From Camelus ferus (lineage: Eukaryota), in assembly GCF_009834535.1 (NCBI RefSeq), contig NC_045726.1:4836001-4900000 (forward strand): DNA of 64,000 bases. Reading direction: 5' to 3'. The translations under genes and the position numbers were made by a program. Below, piece after piece: positions 50,780 through 63,205 of this stretch (position 1 is the first letter of the stretch; each line of letters starts with the position of its first letter). The notes below the pieces were generated by a model. It was not told where the DNA came from. It saw only the letters and a program-made list of their open reading frames with translations, and did no database searches.

Positions 50780-53200
50780 CCAGCAGATCAGTTATACTTT
50801 GTTTTTTTGTTTGTTTGTCTTTTACATTTTTTTAGTGTTTGTCCTAGTGTTTGCAAGTAATCCCAGTCTGCTTCCAAATAGCACTACATTTATACTGTAC
50901 AGCACAGGGAAATATATACAAGCTCTTGTGGTGGCTCACAGCAAAAAAAAAAATGTGACAACGAATATATGCATGTTCACATATAACTGAAAAATTGTGC
51001 TCTACACTGGAATTTGACACAACTTTGTAAAATGACTATAACTCAATAAAAAATATTTAAAACAAAAAACCAAAAAACCGAAAAACAAATAGCACCGCAT
51101 TACTTCATGGGTAGTGTGAGAACTTTATAATCACAAAATAACCCGAATTCCTCCTTGCTGTCCATTGCATCATTCGTGTTACTCCCTTCACCTGTATGTC
51201 AGCATATATATATATACACACAGATGTAACCAGATACACTGTTGCTGTTATTATTTTGAACAAAGTGTTATCTGTTAGAGCGATTAAGAATAAGAAAAAT
51301 AAAAGTATTTAACCTTCATTTATTCCTTCTTTAAAGCTTACCCTTTCTTTATGTGGATCTGAACTTCTTTATCTTTTCATTGTCCGTAGGCTCTGCAGTG
51401 GTAACTCCTCTTTCTTTTCTGATATTAGTAATATGCTTTCTCTCTCTCTCTCTCTCTTTTCAGCTAGCCTGGCTTATCAATTGTACTAATCTTTTGAAAG
51501 CACCAGTCTTGGTTCTGTTGATTGTATGTATTGGCACATTATTCTGACTATATACATGTTGTTTTCCTTCTCTCTGAAGAACGTCTAACACTTCTTGCAG
51601 GGTAGGTGTGCCGCCACAGCGTCCCTCATTTATCCTTGTCTAGAAAGACTTTATTTCTTTTTAACGTTTGAAGGTTTATTTTGCAGAATACAGCATTCTG
51701 AGTTAGTTGTTTTGTTTTGTTTTTTCCTCAGCAGTTTGAACATTTCACTCCATTCTCTTCTCACCTGCATGGTTTCTTAGAAGCTGGGTGTCATTCGTTT
51801 TTTTGTTGTTTAAAGGTAAGACGTTTGTTTTCTTCCGGCTTCTGTCAGGATTTCTTCTTTCTCTTTAATTGTCTATAGTTTGAGCACGATATGCTGAGGT
51901 TAGGTTTTGGTTTGTTTGTTTTCATTTATCCTGCTTGGTGTTCTCTGAGCTTCCTGAGTTGTGGTTTGGCGTTGACACTAATTCGGGGAGGGTCTCCGTT
52001 GTGACCGTGCTGAGTGTTTCTTCAGCCCCCACCTTCTCCTTCTGGACCCTCATCGTTCACGCGTTACAGCCTTTGTAGTTAGCTCACAGCCCTTGATATC
52101 TGTTCTCGTTTTTAAAAGTCTTTGTTCTCTTGGCTTTTTGTTTCTTGAAGTTTTAGTGCCGTACGCTATAGCTCAGAGTCTTCCTTCAGCGGTGTCCCAT
52201 CTGCTAATAAGCTGATCGAAGGCTTTCTTCATTTCTGTTGCAGTGTTTTTAACCTCTGGCATTTCTGTTTGCTTTTCAAGACTTCGGTCTTCCTGCTCGC
52301 CTGGCTCCTCTGTGCTGGCCTGCTGTCCGCGGTGCCCATCAGGGCCCGTAGTGCAGCGACCGTGGCTTTAAATCCCCGGGCTGGTGATTCCGGCTTCCCT
52401 GCCAAGTCTGCTTCTGATGCTGGCCCCCTTTCTTTGCAGATTGTTTTTCCTGCTTGTTCGCTTGCTTGCACTGTGGCATGCCTTCTGATTTCTTCCAGAC
52501 TGACATAACACACGGGGTAAAAGGAGCTGTTAGAAGCAGCCCTTTGGGGACGTGGTGGCGAGGTGTGGGGACGGGAGTGTTCCCTGGTCCCGCGTTTGGG
52601 CCTCAGCCTGTCCGTGAGTCTGCGCCTCTGACTGCGAACTTCACAAGGGTTTCTCTTTTCTCTCCTCGCCCTTCTCTGGGGCAGGATGGCAGAGGGGGCT
52701 GGGGCTGGCTTTCCCCTTTCTCAGGTCGGTTAGGCAGGACAGCAGCTTCAGCCGGTCAGGCTCTGGCTGACTGGCGCCCCCTGAGGGCGGCCTTGCTGGG
52801 CGGAGGCGAGCCCTGGTGTCTTTTCAGACGGTCTCCTGGCTCCTCTCCCCGCCAGAGGCCTCCTGTGGGACCTGGTGGAGCTCCCCGAGGCCGATAGCGC
52901 TGTGGGGTCCCCCCCACCCCCATGACTGGGTGCCCCGGGCTTTTACCCCACGGCTCGTCCGCGCCGAGCCCCCAGCACTTCATCACCGGCACTTGGGGCT
53001 CCCCTGCCGGGGCCTGGCTTCCCGGGTGAGCCCCGGCTCCCCGCCCGTCCGCCGCTCTCCTGCCTCGGGGCAGCGGTTTGCTCTGCAGCGTCCTCTTCTC
53101 ACGGATTCAAGAAGACGTGTTGGGTTTCCTGTCTTTTCAGCTTTTCTCCTGGTTTTGGGGACAGAGTGACGGCTTCCACGCTCCTTGCATGTGCAAGTAG
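50780..53200 (-). mobile_element. Old L1 (L1MC/MD-like) inter-ORF, ORF1 and GC-rich 5' UTR
   Basis: tttgaacaaagtgttatctgttagagcgattaagaataagaaaaataaaag; catttcactccattctcttctcacctgcatggtttc; tttatcctgcttggtgttctctgagcttcctg; GC-rich 52500-53200. Confidence 0.7.
50885..51085 (+). mobile_element. Young camelid-type L1 3' end with 10-bp TSD, nested in older L1
   Basis: TSD CAAATAGCAC at 50875-50884 and 51086-51095; cttgtggtggctcacagc...ctggaatttgacacaactttgtaaaatgactataactcaataaaaaa. Confidence 0.93.
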
Positions 53201-53279
53201 ACACTGAAGTCAGCTCATTCACTTGTGTTTCAATCTCTATAATGTATTTCGACTGCTTCCTGTTTCCCTGGTCCATACT

Positions 53280-54095
53280 TTGTTCTCATTCCTTGTTTCT
53301 TTTTCATTTATTTCCTTCCTTCTGTGGAACTGATGGATTATTTTTTCTCATTCTAGTTTGAATTTTTTTTTTTTTGGGTACATTGTCTGCATGGTGTAAA
53401 CACATTTCTTCTGGCTGCGAGTTCTTGATGGATGGTCATTATCATTCCTCCCCAGCACGGCCGGGAGCGACCTCTCTCAGAGAAGTCAGGTATAAGTTAT
53501 CTGTCACTGCTCCCAGAGTGGTGTTTTCTCTGGGGCCACATGTGAGAGCTTCTGGGGGCACAGCCGCTCTGTGATTCCACCACCATGTGTCTGCATGAAG
53601 CTGTTATTCCCTCTGGTTCAGATTTGTTGGGCTCATTAAACGTTCGTTGGAGGCCTTTGCCAGTTCCCAAGTGTTCTCAGCTGTTGGTTTTTAAAGTGTT
53701 GCCTCTTCCGTGTCTTCTCCATCCTCACATGTGGGATTTGAATGAACATACGTTGAACGTTTCATTCCACCTCTCGTGACTCCTGGCTGAGGTTTCACGT
53801 GTTCCTTCTTTGCTCGCTCTGCTGCAGTCGTGAGAATTCCTTCGGTTTTACGTTTCAAAGTATATTTTTGCTTCACCATGTTTAGGCTGCTTTTTAACAC
53901 ACATATTTATTTCTAATTATACATTTTCTTATCTAGAAGTATGGTTTTGTTATATTTTTTCAGATTTTTTTTTTTTTGCTATTTACTCATTTTCAAAACC
54001 ACGTTTTGAAATATGATAAAAACTTGTGTCGAATGATGCTGACGTCTGAATGTTTTGTGGGTCTGAGTTTTCTCTTTGTGGTTTCAGGTGGCCTG
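53280..54095 (-). mobile_element. L1ME-like 5'/ORF1 fragments
   Basis: T-rich plus strand; ttttcttatctagaagt; tgatgctgacgtctgaatgttttgtgggtctg. Confidence 0.45.
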
Positions 54096-54235
54096 CACTG
54101 ATGTGGGGACACTTCCCTCTTGTGTTAGACACAGAACCAATAGCGTGTGTGTGTATGTGTGTCCATGTATTGAGTGAGAGAGATGTTTAAGGAACTGGCT
54201 CATGTGAGTGTGGAGAGTGAGAAGTTCCAAGATCT

Positions 54236-54671
54236 TGTCCAAATTTTAGAAATAGCAGAAATAAAACCAGTGGATCACTGAAATTGTAACTAGTAAAAGT
54301 TTATCGTGCACAAAAAAACATTCATGAACTGGGAGCACTCAAACTGAACGTGCAGTGAGGCTTGGAGGTCCATTGTTACGAAGCAGCTCACGTGGTGGAA
54401 ACGCAGTGGCTGTTTGCCCTTCACAATGGCTGGTGTAACGTGAGTGGTCTCCTGGGATAAGGAATTAGGTAGAAGTGGGAATCTCATGTTAATTTTGAAG
54501 AACAGCTAAAGTTTTGCTCATGATTTTCAGTTATCAGCAAGACGTGGTCCAAGTTAAGTTGCATTTGTTAGCAGAAGAAGCTAAGTTAAGTTTTACTAGT
54601 GTGACTCAATGGGTCTGTCTGCTCAGGGAATTTCAACTCTGGTCTCCACTGGTGTTAGATTGATTTTAACA
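54236..54671 (-). mobile_element. 436-bp solo LTR, ERV1-like
   Basis: TG...CA termini flanked by the 4-bp duplication ATCT (54232-54235, 54672-54675); MLT2 sequence resumes in register afterwards. Confidence 0.8.
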
Positions 54672-54769
54672 ATCTTCATTTGGCAAGCTGGAGGCTCAGA
54701 GAGCTGACGGTGTGGGTCAGTCAGAGCCGATGGTGTAAGTTCTAAATTGAAAGGGGCAGCCCGGGTCTA

Positions 54770-55016
54770 TGGTCAGCTGTGCACGATTCTCTGATGGGTT
54801 GATGGTGATTAATCCTTAGGCCCAGAAGGTCTGGGGGCCACGTGCTTATGATCATCAAGTAGGTGATGTCTTCCATTCGGTGGTGGTTTGTAGCATCTGA
54901 AAAACTCAGGAAATACACATGAGGTACTACTACCTGGGTCCTTCAGAGAGGAGCTGCAGCAGAGGGCTGGGAGGGCTCTGTCCCGGGAAGGCCCCAGAGC
55001 ATCCGGCTCAGTTACA
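54770..55016 (-). mobile_element. LTR fragment, ERV1-like
   Basis: Minus strand starts tgtaactgagccggatgctctggggccttcccgggacag; plus shows ggtccttcagagaggagctgcagcagagg; distal end unclear. Confidence 0.55.
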
Positions 55017-58000
55017 ACTCCCCTCTTTTCTCTGATAGCTCCCCAATCTTGAGAAGAACAGGTGTTGGACAAGAAGGGGCTAGCATATTGGATAGAGAAG
55101 CAGGCTGGGCCCTAAGGAGACCAGCTTCAGCTCTAGTCTGGACGAAGGAGAAGACCAGTGTCTCAGATCAAGTGCTCCAGGAGGAGGAATTGCCCCTTCC
55201 TTGTGGGAGGGTCAGCCTTTTTGTTCTATTCAGGTCTTCAGCTCATTGGACAAAATGCCCAACCCACATTGGGGAGGGCAGCCTGCTTTATTCAGTCCAC
55301 CAGTTCAAATGCCAGTCTCATCCAAAAAGCGCCCTCACAGACACACCAGAATACAGTGTGACCGACTGTCTGGGGCCCTGGGGGCCAGTCAAGTTGGCAC
55401 ATAAAATCTGCCGTCACACCTTTATAGTTAATCATTTTTGGAAATAAGGTACATAGTTTCCTTGGAACTTGATCTGCAGAAATGCTTTGAAAACTGGGAT
55501 GAAGGTGGATTCATCTAGAGAGATTTACATTATCAATCCAGAGACACTTGGAACATCATTCTTCAGTTAAACTGTTTCTAGGCAACCCAGACAATGTGAA
55601 TCAGGCTGAAGACCCGCATGTTTGCATTCTTGAGGAACATTATTACCCCTCTGTTGAGTATGAAGCTTAAAGATGGTTTACCGTAGATTTTGGGGGTGTG
55701 GATTTCATGATGGTTCACCATCTCACCGAGACAGTTGCCCTTTCACTGGACTCTTGGACGGGGTTCAGGAAGTTGTGTTTACTTTTCTGTCCCTGAGCCC
55801 TGGGAGGTCAGAAAATTGATGCTCAAGTTCCCTGGGTTTTGGAAAATGCTCTGAATCTCTGTCCTTACTCGTCCCCAGTTCTGACTTCCTCCCCGAGTTG
55901 CCATCTCATGCAAATAGTCATGCTCTTTATAATTTGATCCCATACATTTTGTTACTTAAATGAAATTGAATCTTCTATTGCTAGAAATGAAACTCTTCGG
56001 TGACTAATTTTAAATCCTTGATCTGTGCATTACTTGGGATGTTTCAATATAGGCAATATATTTTAAGAGTTGACCCTACAAACCTGACTCTGATAACAGA
56101 CTCTGAAGGCCTGAGTTCACCCTTTATTGATATTAATATTAAAAGTGAAAGAAAGTTAAAAATCCCCCACAAAACTCAATGAAGTCATAAATCGGAAAAG
56201 TTGCACCTTCTTGAAAGTTCTGTGATTTTTCTAATAAGCATACAAGTGTAATTAGTTTCCTGTAATGGATAATTAAAGGATATTTCAAGGATAGAACCAT
56301 GAAATGTGTGTAATACATATAAGTAAAAACTTTAAAGGAAATAATGAATGTTAAAAACATAACAGTGGCATGTCCAAACAGGAAAGACCTCACCCAAAGC
56401 TCTGGGGTGTGTTCACCCAATTAGTCTGCCCAGGCCAGAGTGAGACGTCTGCTGAGCAGTTCTGTCTCAGATACTCCGCTTTATTCATGTCCAGAGACTT
56501 CCTGACTGAGAAGTTACCTGGACTCTGAGACCACTTATCGGACGGAGAGCAAACAGACACTAATCTGTTAAACAATGTGTACAACACACAGCACAGTGGG
56601 TGTGAACACCATGTGAACGGCTGGCTACCCTGTGGCCTGGGTCTTGAATTCCAGTCCTTTCTAAAACGTGGATTGTATTGTGCAAATCCTAGAGAAGCAT
56701 TTTAATCGGGTGAACACTGTTGTTCTGCTTTGTCTTCCCTTTCAAGCCCGTTCTGAGCCCGTCTGTATCTTCAGTCTGGCCATTGTGCTTGTTTTTTTCA
56801 TTAGGACTGGCGTATTGTTGAGAAGGAATCTGAGTGACTGCACTGGCTTCCAGGAGGCCTTTGAAACATCAGCGAGGGTGAACTGATTGCCGCCGGTTCA
56901 CCCCTCCTGTTGGGGAATTCACACCCGGATCCCCTGACAAGCTCCCACAGCCCCTTCCCCACTGAGTGCTCTGTCATTGCTGGCAAAGATTCTGAAACGC
57001 ATTTTCCCATGCTGTTCCAGAGGGTTTTCATTGGTTTCATGCATTTTTAGAACTTGAGGTTGAAAATAAGCTCATAATGACTCTTGTGGGAAAAAGAAAA
57101 CCTTTGACAGCATTTTACTCCTTTTTTGAATCTGCAGTTCTTTGAAAAGAGAAATTAGTTGATTAGACCTTCAGGTGAGTGTAATTCTACTGTCTGGCGT
57201 GAGAAAATACAAAAAGATTGAAATTTCCTATTCAGTAAACTCTTTAAGTTGGTATTTTATTAAGCCATTCAGCATCTTCACCTGAAAAACAGTGATTTAT
57301 AAATGTGAAAACATGATTTTTTTTTTTTCTGTTCTACTGAGAACGTGTGATGGATGTTTGTAATTCAGAACACCGTGAATAGAATAACGCTATCATTACC
57401 CCAGCTCTGCAGGGCCCACAGCTCTGGGAGTTCGCCTCCTAAGTCACACTGGGAAATGGCCCATAACTTGAAAGCCTGCTTTTTATTATTATTATTTTTT
57501 GGTTCTTTTTATAAAGTTCACCTTTTTATTTATTTATTTTTTTGGTATTATGATTTTACAACACACTTGTAAGTTAAATTGGCGTTATTCACGTCGTCCG
57601 TTACTTCCTTAGGTCGCTATGGTCAACACAACAAAGACGTGAAACTCTGATTTACAGCATTTGCTGATTTCTGCGGTGTCGGTACTCCCACCCTGACTTA
57701 TCCCAAGTCAGCTGCTGTGATGTCGCCAAGATCGGAGTCGGAAAGAGATGAGTGTGGGCTTCCCATCACTAAAGTGAGTCAAATGATCAGGGAATTAGGA
57801 GCCTTGAATGCTTACTAGCTTTAAAAAAAATAAAATGTCCTCAATTGTCAGTTTATATAGTTTAATTTTTAATACTGTCCTTGTTTAACCATGAGCTCCC
57901 AAATTCTTGCACGCTGCTGGGGGCCGCCTGTAGCGCCGACCACGTCCCCTGACATGTAGCAGGTGGTCAGGGGACACGTGCCGAGCGGACGATGCTCCGC

Positions 58001-58136
58001 TCCCAGGGCGGTGCACCAGCAGCACTCAGTCCTCCCATCACCCTCGGAAGCAGCGTTAGCTTCTGTGCTCCAACGGCTTCATGGAGAAGTGTCTATTCTC
58101 TTTGGCATGTTGTGAGCTTAGTGGGAACCTATGACT

Positions 58137-58225
58137 ACTATTACTGTCTTCCCCTTAATGGAGGCACTGGGGGTTGAACTAAGGAGACAAGCATGCGCTC
58201 TACCTCTGAGCTATACCCCGCCCCC
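58137..58225 (-). mobile_element. Vic-1-type SINE with internal deletion
   Basis: ttaatggaggcactgggggttgaact...gcatgcgctctacctctgagctataccccgccccc. Confidence 0.85.
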
Positions 58226-58988
58226 ACTGGAGATTTAGAGCATCCCAGCTGTGACGTTAGAGTCCTGCAGACAATTTGTCACAGAACAAAGTCTGCTTCC
58301 CGTGCTGAACAGGCTGATGCTGTGTTCAGGTCTTGCCTTAGGTACCTGGATAAAAGCATGAACTGTTGACGTGTTAGTGTCTTTTTGTTTTTTATTTTTT
58401 TCTCCCATGAATTCTCTCCTCTCTCTCTCCTGAGGACGCATCCTCAGAGGGGCTCACTTGGGTCTGCGTCCGGGGTTCTTAACCTAAGGCATCGTTAGTG
58501 GTAAGATTGTTAAAGTCCTGTTTGCTTCAATTCCACATTGAAACTTAAATACCAGTTTTGGCATCATGTCAGCACATACACCTGATTTTTTAAAAAAATT
58601 AAATTTAACCGATTATCATCATCATAAATCTTAGATCTTGGAGCTGCAGCAGTTTTGATAGACAACATTGAGGTCCAGGAGGTGTTGCAGGCTCTCCTAA
58701 ACCAGTTGCTCAGCTTTCTGTACTTCTCAGGCCCTTTCCCACGTGAGACCCCCAGGAGCATGAATGTGGGGACCCGCCCTGCAGAGACACCAGGAAAAAG
58801 ACCTGGGAAAGAAACAGGCAGCTTCCAGTTTAAAAAACAGTTGTCTTAAGAGAAGAAAGTGAATAATGTTAAATGCTCTAGTGATTTGAAAATAAAAGCA
58901 TAAAACCAAATGTTTAATAAATAATCTTTAAATGCTTAAGTGTATATTATGAGAAAGAGACCAAAGGAACAAAGCTAAAAGCCTGCAG

Positions 58989-59120
58989 NNNNNNNNNNNN
59001 NNNNNNNNNNNNNNNNNNNNNNNNNNNNNNNNNNNNNNNNNNNNNNNNNNNNNNNNNNNNNNNNNNNNNNNNNNNNNNNNNNNNNNNNNNNNNNNNNNNN
59101 NNNNNNNNNNNNNNNNNNNN
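58989..59120. other. Assembly gap (132 N)
   Basis: N run. Confidence 1.
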
Positions 59121-59169
59121 ATTGAGATAGACCTGGGATCACAATCTGAAAACTTCTAACTGCAAAACT

Positions 59170-59335
59170 GTTCACACATCTTAATTCTCAGAACTTTATT
59201 TTCTCAGATTTTATCTTCTCTATCTTTAAAGTAGGACCAATAATGTCTAATTCAAAGGACCGAGGAGAATGTTAAATTAGATAACATATATAATGCCCTT
59301 AACACATACTGTAAGGACTTGCTAAAGGATTATTT
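59170..59335 (+). mobile_element. MIR SINE fragment
   Basis: cttctctatctttaaagtaggaccaataatg...gaatgttaaattagataacatatataatgcccttaacaca. Confidence 0.6.
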
Positions 59336-61564
59336 TTGTTATTATCATAATTTTATTACCATGGATGTGAGAATGGTTGAACATACTTAATTTCAAGTAA
59401 CTAGTGTGTGTTTATTACCATTACTATAAACACAGCTGCAAATATGAAATGGACAAGCATAAAGCAGAGTCCAATCAAAGAACTGAAAATATTACTCTCC
59501 TTAGGTGTCGTCTTAGGTAAATGGTGAAAAAGTGAGATGATCAAAGAGACACACTTGGACAGCCTTTAAATGGAAGTCAGAGTTCCATTTCTTAAATATC
59601 AAATCCATGGAAAGGGAGAGGAGACTGGATAGCATTGGAGAATAGCAGAGGAAGATGTGCTTTTTCAAGTTGAAAATCTATTCTGACTTTTAGAATTCTG
59701 AAGTCAGACCTCTGCTCACTGGGACTTCAGTCCAGTGACATCCAGAGAAGCATGACTTCTCTTTGTCGCTAAGTACAAGGTCCTGAAAATGTCTTAAAAT
59801 GATTCAAAAGGCTCATTTGTCATGAACGAACATTCTAGAGAGAACTTTCCAGTGACTTAAGTTGCAATAAGCCAGAAGCATGCTTATGAAGTTTACCCTG
59901 AGATGCCTGTGGGTTTAAAGACTTAACAGCGAAGAGGCAGAAAAGACAGTTCAGACGTTTCCAAAGGCAGTGCGTTTGTCCAGTTATTTGAGTCACTAAA
60001 CACAAGGACCCTAATTCTTTTTTTGTCTGTGATGCCACCACAGGCTGGAAGATAAAAGTAAAACTAACACGGCTTTGTATACTTTCATTATAATTTTTGT
60101 CTGTATTATTCTTAATATTAAGATACTAATTATGAATAAAAAGTAAACTGAATCAAGCAATAATCCGACTACTAAATTTTAAGTGTTCTAGTTAAGTGCG
60201 ATGTTTGGCAATGAAATGCCATGTGGGAGTTGGGTATGGTTATTAGAAAATTTCCCCAGCTTTGCATTTTTTTATAGCTTGGTATTTTTCCTTTTATTTA
60301 AACTATGGTTATATTGTCGATTTGTTTTGGGTATAAGCTTACTTTGACTATCCCTAAAAGTAAATGTATCCAGTAAGTGCAATAAAAGGCAATTAAAATG
60401 TGTGTATTTAAATGTGTTATGAATAAAACACTGTTATGACACAGTGTATCCACTCATTAGCTAGGGGTGGGAAGCTGAATTTGCCGAAGCAGAATTAATA
60501 GGTCTAAAGTGATTTAGTTAATTATTTCCATTTCTTTGAACTTCAGTCTATAGAAGCAGATTCAACTGTTACTGAAGACCAGGGGAACATGGGCTGGGTG
60601 ACTGTACAGCTAAAATGAGAGCAGATAAAAAAGGCATAAATTACCCTCAGACTTGTAGGTACAAGCGAACTTGTGACCTTGAGTGCATTTCACACTGGGT
60701 CATAGCAGTGCTGACCTCCCTTGGGAACAACAGGAGTGACAATTGGACTTCCTTTGGTGGTGATTGAAACAAATCATTAACTGCCTATAGAAAATTCTTA
60801 CAAATAGAAAAATCTCACAAATAGCCAAGGTAGTGACCAGGACGATTTTGTGAAGACTCAGTAAAGTCTAATTAACCTAATGTGATTTCCTGATAGAATG
60901 ACACATAGAATAAATGAGGAAAAATAATTGAAAGTGTTTTGACTTCAAAAGACTTTTACTTTTACAGGAGAAACAATGTGATTTTCTTTAAGCCAGTGTT
61001 TTACAGTGAAGTACCAACTCAGTTTCTATTTAAATTACAGTAACCTTAGGAGTTACCACATCTGTCATCTTTAACTAGACTGAAACAGGCTCCCTTATTT
61101 AACTCCCAGCTCATATTATGGGGGGTGCAAAGAATGCTTTCTTATGTTGAAGCTTTAAGACCTTTAAAGGACAGAAAATGTTAAGCAAAGAAATGATTAA
61201 ATGTTGACCTATTTGGTTCAAGATCTTGTAAAAAAGGATTTCAGTGCTTTAACTTCACACATACAATGACTGAATTCCCTGAGTTCCCCCAAGAAAGTTA
61301 CTTTTGACTTCTCTGAAAGTCTAAAAATGTTTAAAATAATCTCTGGGGTCCTCATTTATGGTAAATCTTGCTACCATATTTTATAACAGAACAACCAAGG
61401 ATCTCTTAATAATTCTGTAGCTGTACCTTTGGAATCCTCTCAAATGCCAAGTTAGACAACAGGCAGAATCCTGCTGATTGCCTTTTTCATGTGACTGAAT
61501 TTGACGTGATTTAATTTCTCCCAGTAATGAGCGCCAATCAGCAACCAAACGGTTAACTGATTAA

Positions 61565-62130
61565 TTAAATACATGTTTACTGGGCACTCCGCGTTACTGG
61601 GCGTTACGAGTTACTAGTCACCGTGCTGGGCTCTGGGCACACAACCCCGAGCCTGAGCTACGTGCACTCGGCACTCGGGCTGTGCACGTGTAGGTGAGAT
61701 GCCACACGATGCAACAGCGGTGACTGACCGTGGTGGAGGGGGTGCTTCAGGGGCTCAGCAGGAGCCCCTCCGTGGGTGTCAGCGGGAGGCCCGGTGGAGG
61801 ATCGGGCAGCTTTCTGGTGCAGGACCGTGCGAGCCGAGTTTACGGGAGAGGGGGATACTCGGCGGGGGACACTCGGTGCAGAGGAGGCCGGCGTGGAAGA
61901 GGCACCAGCGTGACTGAGACTGGACAAGAGAGGAGCAGAGACCAGCTGAGAACTGAAAGGAAACAACCCCTAGAGCCCTGGTGTGGGGACAAGCGGCAGC
62001 GCTGAGGCTGGAGGGGGCGGGGACGGAGAGCTGGAGCGTCGTCTTAAGAAACCAGACTCCACTCCAGGACCAGCGGGGAGCTGCTAAGAGATTCAAAGCG
62101 GGAGGCCAACGTGATCATATTCGCTTTATG
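61565..62130 (-). mobile_element. L2 3' region with CpG-island-like composition
   Basis: Tail aaatacatgtttactgggcac; distal cagcggggagctgctaagagattcaaagcgggaggccaacgtgatcatattcgcttt parallels L2 caatggggagccactgaagggttttaagcaggggagtgacatgatcagatttgcattt. Confidence 0.6.
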
Positions 62131-62781
62131 TAAGTGCAGGTATTAAAATGTCTGTGCTGCTGCGGAAGCCTCGAGACCGTAAGTGCCACACCCTGTGAGG
62201 GGAGGACGGCCTGGGGGGCTTTGCAGAGGGGTCTCAGACGAGGGGTGTGGTGACTTTAGCTGACCGCAGCCTCCAGTACAAGAGGGCAGAGGCGCGGAGA
62301 CACCGACGTGTTGCTGGACTGACGTGGACAGTTCAGTGTGCTGTGAGACGGGGCACCTCTCCCCTCGGCAGGGAGGTGGGGTGTCCAGGGGCCCTTTCAG
62401 ATGCCTTCGTATTTGTCCCCCACCCTTGGAGCACACAGGCCTGAGGAAGGCAAAGGATGAGACCGTGGCTGCAGCCCCTGGAACAGCAAAGTGCATGCTG
62501 TGGTGTGGTTAGGGTCACAGCCAGTCCAACTGTGCTTTTCCTGGTACAAAAGTGGGGTGGGCTGGGGGCAGGGGGAGGAGAGCAAGCTGGAGACCAGACA
62601 GGCAAACTAACTTGGAGCTATTTTTCTAAAAGGTACTTTAGCTGGGGTGATGCCCAGACAGGTATCAGTGAGGAGCAGGGACCGAGGCCAGTAGGTTTCA
62701 GTGGCCCCACACGGTGTATCAGCCGTGCCAGGGAACCTGAGGTGGGAATCTGCATCAGGGGCCTCTCTCAGCGAACCCCAC

Positions 62782-62820
62782 CGTATTAGTCAGGGCTCTC
62801 TGGAGAAGGAGAACCACAGG

Positions 62821-62859
<39 letters not shown>

Positions 62860-63205
62860 TGTATTTTAAGGAATTGGCTTATGCCGTTGTAAAAACGGGC
62901 ATCCAGAATCTAGGGTAGGCTGGCGGGCTGGAGAGCCAGGGAAGAGTTGATGTTGCAGCTCAGGTTTGAACTCAGTCTGGAGGCAGACCTCCCTCTTCTT
63001 GGGGAGTATCCGTTCTTTTCCCTCTTAAGGCCTTCAACTGATTGGATGAGGCCCACCCACACATGGAGGTAACCTGATTTACTCAACGTCTGCTGACGTG
63101 TCAATTTCATCTAAAAAGTGTCTTCACAGCCACATCCAGACTAGTGCTGACCAGAGTATCTGGGAACTGTGACCTAACGGAGTTGACAAATAAAGACACC
63201 ATCCT
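62782..63205 (-). mobile_element. ERVL LTR (MLT2D-like) with internal (TG)n
   Basis: gtattagtcagggctctctggaga; ttttaaggaattggct; cttaaggccttcaactgattggatgaggcccacccaca; ttcacagccacatccagactagtg. Confidence 0.88.
62822..62858. repeat. (TG)n microsatellite
   Basis: Directly visible. Confidence 0.95.

Larger units (their letters stand above)
54120..55420 (-). mobile_element. ERVL LTR (MLT2B-like) split by two LTR insertions
   Basis: gacacagaaccaatag...aaggaactggctcatg; gccgatggtgtaagttc; gggagggtcagcctttttgttctattcagg...ccctcacagacacaccagaa...ccagtcaagttggcacataaaat. Confidence 0.85.

Noticed and set aside
52454-53169. 147-aa and 117-aa GC-rich ORFs
   Set aside because: Low-complexity Pro/Gly/Arg translations of an L1 5' UTR remnant.
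58635-58849. Protein-like ORF DLGAAAVLIDNIEVQEVLQALLNQLL...
   Set aside because: Poor acceptor (A-rich upstream), no donor, no recognised homologue.
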